Source: an uncultured Elusimicrobiales bacterium (lineage in GTDB: Bacteria > Elusimicrobiota > Elusimicrobia > Elusimicrobiales > CAZFMJ01). From it: a stretch of DNA of 64,000 nucleotides. Below are positions 42,793 to 50,182 of the stretch, one piece after another (within the stretch, counting starts at the first letter, position 1; the number at the start of each line of letters is the position of its first letter). Under the pieces are notes generated by a model, which made no database searches, was not told the origin of the DNA, and saw only the letters and a list, made by a program, of their open reading frames with translations. The stretch covers positions 10,272-74,271 of the forward strand of contig CAZFMJ010000003.1 of NCBI GenBank assembly GCA_964520045.1, read 5' to 3'. The position numbers were made by a program, and so were the translations under genes.

Positions 42793-44403
42793 ATGGCGCA
42801 GCAGGCGCAGGAAAATCTTGAAATGCTTGTGATGATAAGCAGACTGCTCTCTTCAAAACTGGATTTAGGAGAACTGCTTACCACCGTAATGCAGCTTGCG
42901 ACGGACGTGGTGGGAGCCGAAAGAGCGTCTCTTTTTCTGCTTGATGAGACGACAAATGAATTATATTTTGACGTAGCCCTGGGCCTTGAGCCCGACCTGC
43001 CGACCATACGGCTTAAAATCGGAGAAGGAATAGCCGGCCTGTGCGCCAAAGAAAGAAAGCCTATAATTATAAACGATACGGCCAATGACCCGCGCCATTC
43101 CCAAAAAGTGGACCAGGAAAGCGGTTTTGTAACCCGCTCAATAATGTCGTGCCCCATGATAATGAAGGGCCGGATTCTGGGCGTTGTTCAGGCTATAAAT
43201 CATATAGACGGTCCATTCACCGAAAAAGACCAGCGCAATTTTGAGGCATTCGCGGCGCAAGCCGCCATTGCCATAGAAAACGCAAGGCTTTTCGCTTCAA
43301 TAAATGAAGAAAAGCGCAGACTGCAGGTGGTATTCCGCCAGACACGGGAAGGGATGGTGGTCACAAACACAGATAATCACATAGTTTTGGTGAACGATGT
43401 CGCCCAGCTGTATTTCGGCCGGCAATTCGACAAAACCATGAAAGAAGCGATTTCCGGAATGGAAATAAAACCGGCCTATGATGAAATACTCTCCTCCCCT
43501 GAAAACATCGTGCGCTTTGAGCTTACCAGAGAAAAACCGAAAAAACTGCTGCTGGACGGCTCCGCCATACGTCTTTTCATGCAGAAAGAAGACGGAAAGC
43601 CCGAACCCGAAGGATGGTTATGGATGTTTCGCGACGTAACGCAGGCCCGCGCCGAAGAAAAAATGTCCCGCAATTTTCTTTCACTGATATCGCATAAGCT
43701 TAAAACCCCGCTGGCTCCCATAAACGGCTATTCGCAGATGCTGTTGGACGACACGAAAGCCGGGCAGCTCACTGATTTTGCAAAAAAAGCGATCTTGGCC
43801 ATAAACCAGCAGGGCATGAAGCTCGCCCATCTGGTAGAAATGCTTCTCAATTATATAACCATAGAAGAGCTTGATTCGGGCAATCTTAGAAAATCGCAGT
43901 TTGATATCAGCGAACCTCTGAAGGAAGCGGTTTCAAGCATGTCCTCCCGATTGGAAGCCGCAAAGGTAAAATGCGAATTAAAGGATGCGGACACGCCTCT
44001 TACCGCAACGGGCGATTCATATCTTATGCGGGAAGTATTCAGGGCCGTTATAGACAATGCCGTAAAATTCAACCAGTCTCCGGAAAAAAATGTGATGATT
44101 TCCTGCTGTCACAACGGAAACACCGCCCTTATTTCAATAGCGGACAACGGTCCGGGAATCCCCCCCGAGGAACTGGAAAAGATTTTTGATAAATTCTATC
44201 AGGTGGAATCTTCTTTTACCGGACAGGTGGAGGGCTGGGGACTTGGTTTGGCATTTACAAAAAAAGTAGTTGAGGCTCACTGCGGACGAATAATCGTCAA
44301 ATCCCAGCTCCAAAAAGGATCAATTTTTACCATCACGCTGCCTATTGTAAAATCCTCTCCCGCACCTGCGGCGCCGTCCCCCGATCCCCAGCCCCCGTCA
44401 TAA
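42793..44403 (+). CDS. Cytoplasmic GAF-PAS sensor histidine kinase
   Basis: 536 aa. It has a GAF-like N-domain, a PAS-like middle, the H-box FLSLISHKLKTPL, and HATPase motifs DNAVKF, DNGPGI and GWGLGL. Confidence 0.85.
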   Translation: MAQQAQENLEMLVMISRLLSSKLDLGELLTTVMQLATDVVGAERASLFLLDETTNELYFDVALGLEPDLPTIRLKIGEGIAGLCAKERKPIIINDTANDPRHSQKVDQESGFVTRSIMSCPMIMKGRILGVVQAINHIDGPFTEKDQRNFEAFAAQAAIAIENARLFASINEEKRRLQVVFRQTREGMVVTNTDNHIVLVNDVAQLYFGRQFDKTMKEAISGMEIKPAYDEILSSPENIVRFELTREKPKKLLLDGSAIRLFMQKEDGKPEPEGWLWMFRDVTQARAEEKMSRNFLSLISHKLKTPLAPINGYSQMLLDDTKAGQLTDFAKKAILAINQQGMKLAHLVEMLLNYITIEELDSGNLRKSQFDISEPLKEAVSSMSSRLEAAKVKCELKDADTPLTATGDSYLMREVFRAVIDNAVKFNQSPEKNVMISCCHNGNTALISIADNGPGIPPEELEKIFDKFYQVESSFTGQVEGWGLGLAFTKKVVEAHCGRIIVKSQLQKGSIFTITLPIVKSSPAPAAPSPDPQPPS

Positions 44404-44409
44404 CAAGAA

Positions 44410-44430
44410 GGTAGATGGTAAACGGTAAAA
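44410..44430 (+). repeat. 7-nt tandem repeat GGTAGAT GGTAAAC GGTAAAA, 7 nt after the kinase stop
   Basis: Read directly: taacaagaaGGTAGATGGTAAACGGTAAAAc. Confidence 0.85.
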
Positions 44431-44662
44431 CAAATTTTCTTCCGTCTATCGTCTTCCTTCTTCTGAGGACGCAATTGAACTTGTTACTTTTGTGCTTCTG
44501 TTGCCTCTTTTGCCTCCGCTGCTGTCTTCATAGGTCTTTTTGCCCAATCCCCGATAGGTCTAAAAATTTTCACAAAAGCGCCTAAGGACCCATGTAAAAA
44601 CCGGCGGCTGATTGTACAATTTACTCATTGATAGCCAAGGCTATCACCACAAGGAGAAATAG

Positions 44663-45514
44663 ATGAAAACCATACCAGCTTTAATTTTTGCGGCAACATT
44701 TACGGGCTTTGCCTCGGCGGGCCAGATAACGCCGAGTTTTGACACAGCGGTAAAAACACAGACCGCGCTTCCTGCCCTGCTCAATAGCGCGCAGCTGCCC
44801 CTGCCGGTTCCGCAAACGGCGGTATATGCTTCTTCCTATGAATCTGGAGCTCTTACGGAGGAATTGGAGCGCGCCGGATACCAAATTACAGCCAGCGGGG
44901 TGCGTTACGGCGTTCCTTATGTAGGGATTAAGATGCCAGTAGGTTTTAAGATTTACGCTTTCTGCCGTGAAATTCCAAGCCTGAAGAATCAGGCTGAATT
45001 ATGCAAAAAACAGCTTGGCTTTTTTAATACTATCAATCCCTTTTATGAAAAAACCAGCACATCCCAGCCATGGTCAATAGAAGCCGATATCCTTAAAATT
45101 CCCATGGACTTAAACCAGGCGCCGGAAATATTCCCGTCTTATAACTCATCTCTGTCCGGATATCCGAAATATCTCCACATAGACGCCGGAAAGAGTTATC
45201 TGGCGCTTTATGAAAGCGGCCAAATGGTTAAAATCTATCCTATTTCCGCGGGAGCAAAAGGACACACTACCCCGTCTTTTACATTTAAGATAGGCTTTAA
45301 AGACGCCAAATACTGGTCCAGAACATACGGTGGAGAAATGCCATGGTCGCTGCAGATTAACGGCGGATACTTCATACATGGAGGAGCATTGCCGGGCCAG
45401 GCTGATTCGCACGGCTGTATAAGAATGCTGGTTGAAGACGCTAAAGAGCTGTTTTATCTGGTGGATGCAGGAACGCCGGGCATAGTGACCAGAACCCAGC
45501 CGGACAATAATTGA
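44663..45514 (+). CDS. L,D-transpeptidase (YkuD domain) with signal peptide
   Basis: 283 aa with signal MKTIPALIFAATFTGFASA and catalytic motif FIHGGALPGQADSHGCIRM. Confidence 0.85.
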   Translation: MKTIPALIFAATFTGFASAGQITPSFDTAVKTQTALPALLNSAQLPLPVPQTAVYASSYESGALTEELERAGYQITASGVRYGVPYVGIKMPVGFKIYAFCREIPSLKNQAELCKKQLGFFNTINPFYEKTSTSQPWSIEADILKIPMDLNQAPEIFPSYNSSLSGYPKYLHIDAGKSYLALYESGQMVKIYPISAGAKGHTTPSFTFKIGFKDAKYWSRTYGGEMPWSLQINGGYFIHGGALPGQADSHGCIRMLVEDAKELFYLVDAGTPGIVTRTQPDNN

Positions 45515-45522
45515 TTGGGGAC

Positions 45523-45557
45523 GGTAAATGGTAGAAGGTAGATGGTAAACGGTAACC
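45523..45557 (+). repeat. 7-nt tandem repeat x5: GGTAAAT GGTAGAA GGTAGAT GGTAAAC GGTAACC, 9 nt after the L,D-transpeptidase stop
   Basis: Read directly at 45523-45557. Perfect 7-nt phasing of GGTA. Confidence 0.9.
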
Positions 45558-45637
45558 ATACTGCCGGTCACAAGATTCAGAACTCCAAGTTCACAACCTT
45601 CCGCCGTTGTTTGTTCTCTGTTGCTCTTTATACTTTG

Positions 45638-45651
45638 TGTTACCGTCTACC
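45638..45651 (-). repeat. Two heptads GGTAGAC GGTAACA covering the stop codon of the XDH-family gene
   Basis: Minus strand reads aaGGGTAGACGGTAACAc. The TAA at 45642-45640 is the stop. Confidence 0.6.
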
Positions 45652-47949
45652 CTTTGTTTTAATGATTTCCCGTAAAACTTTATCGGGCGTGAACGGCGGC
45701 TCGTAAAGCCTTATGCCTGCGGCGTCATAAATGGCGTTTGCAATGGCCGGCTGGGGCCCGTTTATTCCTATCTCGGAGACAGATTTTGCGCCGAACGGGC
45801 CGTTCGGCTCATAGGTGGGAATAATAATGGTTTTTATACGGGGAGCGTCTTTTGTGTTGAATATCTTATATCTTCTGAAAGTCCCGTTGTTCATCGCGCC
45901 GGAAGGCGAAAACTCCATCTCTTCGGTCAGCGCATAAGATATGCCGTTTAAAACAGCCCCGTCATTCTGACCTTCCGCAAGAGCCGGATTAATAGCCGTG
46001 CCGCAGTCAACCGCCGCTACATAATCAAGGATCCTCACTTTTCCGGTCTCCATATCCACTTCAATATCGGCAAAATGCGCCGCAAACGGAGGCGGAGAAG
46101 TCTGGGCCGTATGCGAGGCGGAGGCCGTTATCTGATGCTGGTCATGATAATAAAGCGAGGTATTCGCGACCTCGGACAAAGAGCAGGATTTTCCTGATTT
46201 TGAAACTACTTTTCCGGCTTCCAGCGCAAGATTTTCCGCTTTTTCATCCAATATTCCTTCGGCAGTCTTGAGTATCATTACCCGGACTTTCTCCGCAGTT
46301 TTTTTTACCGCATTACCCGAAATGAAGGTGGTGGAAGAAGCATACGCTCCCACATCAAACGGCGTGATATCGGTGTCGGAAGAAAGAACTATAATATCCT
46401 CTGTTTTGACTCCCAGAACTTCGGCCGCAATCTGGGCAAGTATGGTGTCGGAACCGGTGCCGAGGTCGGTCGCGCCTATAAGTAAATTAAACGAGCCGTC
46501 TTCATTCATTTTTATCGTTGCGCAGGCCATGTCGACTTCGGGAATCCCTGAACCCTGCATAAGGCACGCCATGCCGAGCCCTCTTCTGACCGCGCCGGTC
46601 TGATTTGCGTATTTTTTCTTTTTTTCATGCCAGCCTATAGCCTTAATCCCCTGCTCTATCGCCTCAAAAAGGCCGCTTGAAGTTATTTTCTGCTCAACGC
46701 CTTCCCTCCCCTCGCCCATTGCCTTAAAAACAGGGGAACTCTCTCCTTCCCGTATATAATTTTTCTTTCTGAATTCCAGCTTGTCCATGCCGATGATTTC
46801 AGCCATTACATCCATATGGCTTTCCCATGCAAAAAAACCCTGGCTTGCGCCGTATCCCCTGTACGCTCCGGCCACGGGAAGATTGGTATACGCGGTCTTT
46901 CCTATAAATCTGGTGTTTTTGGCCTGATACATGGGAAGCGTATGAGAGCCGGAACACATCATAACGGTAAGGGCATGCGAGCCGTACGCTCCGTTGTTCA
47001 TACATATTTCCATATGGGCGTCCGTTATCGTCCCGTCTTTTTTCACGCCGGTTTTAAGTTTCACGACCGAAGGATGCCTTGTCCTTGAGGATATAAAGGT
47101 CTCCCTTCTGGTATATTCAATTTTCACAGGGCTCCGGCTGGCGATGGAAAGAGCCGCGCAGATATCCTCAATAACTATCTCCTGCTTGGAGCCGAATCCC
47201 CCGCCGATTCTCGGCTTTATGACGCGGATATTTTTAACGGGGATATTGAGGGCATAGCCCACTATCCGCCTTACATGAAATGGCACCTGCGTGGAGGTCC
47301 TTATCACCAGCCGTCCCTGCGGATCAAAATATGTTATCGCGGTATGAGGCTCAAGCGCGCAATGCTGGGCATATTGGGTTTTATATTCGCGCTCAACCGT
47401 AAAATCAGCCTCGGAGAACCATTCCGACTCCTTTACCTCAAACTCGTATTTAGCGCAGATATTATGTTTTGCGTCCGGGATATTTTTTGCGTCTTCCTCG
47501 TCATGGATAACGGGGGCGCCTTCCCTCATGGCTTCAATAGGATCAAAAACAGCCGGCAGAATTTCGTATTCCACTTTTATTTTATCCAAAGCCTCCTGCG
47601 CCGCTTCGGAAGTCTCCGCGGCCACCGCCGCTACCCTGTCGCCTACAAACCTCACTTTGCTGTCAAGGATAACGCTGTCATACGGAGACGGCTCGGGGTA
47701 GCCCTGCCCGGCTTTTGTATGCGGGAAGCGGGGCGTATTTTTATAGGTAAGAACGGCTTTTACTCCGGGGGTTTTCTCGGCTGAACTTATGTCGATTTTT
47801 TTTATACGCGCATGCGCATGCGGACTCCAGAGTATCCTGCCTATGAGCAGACCTTTCAGTTCAACATCATCCGCGAACTCGGCGGTTCCGCACGCAAGCC
47901 CGAGCGCGTCTATTTTGTTAACGCTTTTATTGACGGTTTTAAATTCCAT
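45640..47949 (-). CDS. Xanthine dehydrogenase / aldehyde oxidoreductase family molybdopterin-binding subunit
   Basis: 769 aa with an a/b-hammerhead N-domain and the IGGGFGSK motif, typical XDH-family length. No [2Fe-2S] or FAD subunit gene is adjacent. Confidence 0.8.
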   Translation of the reverse strand: MEFKTVNKSVNKIDALGLACGTAEFADDVELKGLLIGRILWSPHAHARIKKIDISSAEKTPGVKAVLTYKNTPRFPHTKAGQGYPEPSPYDSVILDSKVRFVGDRVAAVAAETSEAAQEALDKIKVEYEILPAVFDPIEAMREGAPVIHDEEDAKNIPDAKHNICAKYEFEVKESEWFSEADFTVEREYKTQYAQHCALEPHTAITYFDPQGRLVIRTSTQVPFHVRRIVGYALNIPVKNIRVIKPRIGGGFGSKQEIVIEDICAALSIASRSPVKIEYTRRETFISSRTRHPSVVKLKTGVKKDGTITDAHMEICMNNGAYGSHALTVMMCSGSHTLPMYQAKNTRFIGKTAYTNLPVAGAYRGYGASQGFFAWESHMDVMAEIIGMDKLEFRKKNYIREGESSPVFKAMGEGREGVEQKITSSGLFEAIEQGIKAIGWHEKKKKYANQTGAVRRGLGMACLMQGSGIPEVDMACATIKMNEDGSFNLLIGATDLGTGSDTILAQIAAEVLGVKTEDIIVLSSDTDITPFDVGAYASSTTFISGNAVKKTAEKVRVMILKTAEGILDEKAENLALEAGKVVSKSGKSCSLSEVANTSLYYHDQHQITASASHTAQTSPPPFAAHFADIEVDMETGKVRILDYVAAVDCGTAINPALAEGQNDGAVLNGISYALTEEMEFSPSGAMNNGTFRRYKIFNTKDAPRIKTIIIPTYEPNGPFGAKSVSEIGINGPQPAIANAIYDAAGIRLYEPPFTPDKVLREIIKTKGRR

Positions 47950-48094
47950 TTTTCCGTTGTTTTTTCTTTTGCTTTTTTGCTTCCTCTGCTTCTGCGGCTT
48001 CAGTTGCTTCCATGGCCGCGCCCCGCGGCGCGTCCGCGGGCAGGCGTTTGCGTCCCTTGCTTCCTTTGCTTCTTTTGCCTCCGTTGCTGTGGTT

Positions 48095-49411
48095 CTATTT
48101 TGAACTACTACGGCCTTTCATTCCGGCGGAGCTGAAACTGACCAGTCCGAGCAGATACGCAATATCCTTGTCTTCAAAGGTCACATTGGCGGTATACTGA
48201 ACGCGCTTTGTTTCCCGTAAGTCATTTACCCGGGCGCCCAAAGCGACAAACCTGTTTAATTTTACCTCCGCCCCGATATCATATTCCGTATGATCAAACC
48301 GCCTGCCTTCTACTATCCTGTTTCTCGCGAAATCAAAAGCTTCGGCAAGAAGAACGATCCTGTCCCAGTCTTTATTCGCATGGAACGGCCTGTATTTTAT
48401 GCCTGCGCCCCCGGACCCGCGGGTGATGCCCGCATAAAGATCAAAGGCGTCGTATTCCCAGCCGAGCTGGGCGTCTATTCTATTCTTCCTTTCATAATCC
48501 GTCGCCTTGGGCATGTCGGAAGGATTGCCGAAATTGGAAACGCCGAGATAATAATATCTGCCCTCGCGCGGATATATTTTTACGCCGATATCTCCCCTTG
48601 AGGCCTTTGCAAGCGGTTCATATCTGTTTCTGTACTGCCAGTATGTCCTGAATGAATTAATTCTGCCCAAAACGTCTTTTGCCGAAGCTGAAGCCTCCTT
48701 GAAATTGCTCAGGGTCTCGGTGACATTGTCTTTTACTTTTTCGTCGCTTACCAAAGCCCCGATTGTGCCGGTTCCGGAATTTATTTTGGTCACCAGCGTG
48801 TCTACTTTCGACAAAAGAGAATCCAGCTTCTCTGAAACAGAATCCAGCCGCGACATGGCGTTCTCCATATGCGGCCCCGAATCGCCCACAATATCATTTA
48901 TCCTAGCCGTGGTTTCTCTGATATTGGAAAGGGTGGCATTAAGACTTTCGCCGATTCCGCTTTCTCCGCCTACGTCGTCCAGAAGCTTTTGCAGACTGCC
49001 TAAAGCCTGGGCAAGCGATTTGTCCAGCGGAACGGTATCCTCGCCCTTGACCGTGCTTCCGGCCGGAATTATTCCCGCCGACGGAGTCCCTTGGTCTATC
49101 TGAAGAAACTTGCTTCCTATAATACTGGTGGAGCCTATTGTGAATCTGGCATTTCTGTATATTTTCATGTCCTCATAGATCGAAAGCTCAACAACCACTT
49201 TATCTTCTTTTATGCTGATTTTTTTCACCTTTCCGGCTTCCACTCCGGAAAGTTTCACCAGAGATTTATCAGGAAGGCCCGCCACATCCCCAAACACCGC
49301 ATAAATATCGTACCGCCTGTATATGGAAAAATCCCCCAGCAGAAAGATAGCGGCGGCCAGCAAGGCAAGGCCTGCCAGCATGAAAAGCCCTACTTTTGTC
49401 TCATTGGTCAT
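48095..49411 (-). CDS. mlaD: Long MlaD/MCE-domain protein with helical stalk and beta-rich C-terminal domain
   Basis: 438 aa. The N-terminal anchor TKVGLFMLAGLALLAAAIFLLG is followed by an MCE domain and about 130 aa of helical repeats. The last roughly 170 aa have alternating beta-strand-like patterns (DIGVKIY, YYYLGVS, AQLGWEY, GAGIKYRPF, YDIGAEVKL, VQYTANVTF). Confidence 0.75.
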   Translation of the reverse strand: MTNETKVGLFMLAGLALLAAAIFLLGDFSIYRRYDIYAVFGDVAGLPDKSLVKLSGVEAGKVKKISIKEDKVVVELSIYEDMKIYRNARFTIGSTSIIGSKFLQIDQGTPSAGIIPAGSTVKGEDTVPLDKSLAQALGSLQKLLDDVGGESGIGESLNATLSNIRETTARINDIVGDSGPHMENAMSRLDSVSEKLDSLLSKVDTLVTKINSGTGTIGALVSDEKVKDNVTETLSNFKEASASAKDVLGRINSFRTYWQYRNRYEPLAKASRGDIGVKIYPREGRYYYLGVSNFGNPSDMPKATDYERKNRIDAQLGWEYDAFDLYAGITRGSGGAGIKYRPFHANKDWDRIVLLAEAFDFARNRIVEGRRFDHTEYDIGAEVKLNRFVALGARVNDLRETKRVQYTANVTFEDKDIAYLLGLVSFSSAGMKGRSSSK

Positions 49412-50177
49412 ATTCGTCCAAATCCCGCAGTTTCATTTTTATGGGACCGGCGCTTGAGCCTTCCATAAACTGCCTGACATGCGCATTAGCGGTGGTCTTG
49501 AATTTTTCAGGAGTATCCGTCAGCAGAAACTTCCCATCGTAAAGCATGGCTATTCTGTCGGATATTTTATAGGCCGATTTTATATTATGCGTCACGACTA
49601 TCGAAGCGATGCCCAGCTTCAGCTTTAAATCCGATATAAGATCGTTTATGATATCCGACATTATCGGGTCAAGACCCGTCGTAGGCTCATCATACAAAAT
49701 AAACTCGGGCTCAGTCGCGATGGCGCGGGCCAAAGCCACGCGTTTTTTCATTCCGCCGGAAAGCTCCGAAGGAGGCATGTCTTCCACCCCTTTTAATCCC
49801 ACCAATGCCAGTTTCTCCGAAGCGATACGTCTATACTGAGACGGCGGGATATCCGTCAGATACTTCAGGCCGAAAGCCACATTTTCGCCCACCGTAAGAG
49901 AGTCAAAAATAGCGCCCTCCTGAAAAAGATATCCGAATTTTTTTCTGACCGAAGCAAGCTTGTATTCATCCGTTATGCCGGAAATATCTTCGCCGTTTAC
50001 TATTATCCGCCCGCTGTCAGGCTTTAAAAGCCTTATTATGCATTTTATAAAAGTGCTTTTTCCGGAGCCGGACCCTCCCATGATGCTCACTATTTCTCCT
50101 TCCTTAAGGGAAAGAGAAACCCCTTTAAGCACCTGCCGGTCCCCGAATTTTTTATATAAATCAACTACTTCAATCAT
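49401..50177 (-). CDS. mlaF: ABC transporter ATPase MlaF
   Basis: 258 aa with Walker A GGSGSGKST, signature LSGGMKKRV and Walker B ILYDEPT. Overlaps mlaD by 11 nt. Confidence 0.85.
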   Translation of the reverse strand: MIEVVDLYKKFGDRQVLKGVSLSLKEGEIVSIMGGSGSGKSTFIKCIIRLLKPDSGRIIVNGEDISGITDEYKLASVRKKFGYLFQEGAIFDSLTVGENVAFGLKYLTDIPPSQYRRIASEKLALVGLKGVEDMPPSELSGGMKKRVALARAIATEPEFILYDEPTTGLDPIMSDIINDLISDLKLKLGIASIVVTHNIKSAYKISDRIAMLYDGKFLLTDTPEKFKTTANAHVRQFMEGSSAGPIKMKLRDLDEYDQ

Positions 50178-50182
50178 TTACA

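Noticed and set aside
47789-48135. ORFs 47789-48103 and 47812-48135 (+) with FASFASFAS / FLLLFCFLCF strings.
   Set aside because: They are translations of the pyrimidine-rich strand of a low-complexity spacer, and they overlap the 5' end of the XDH-family gene in antisense.
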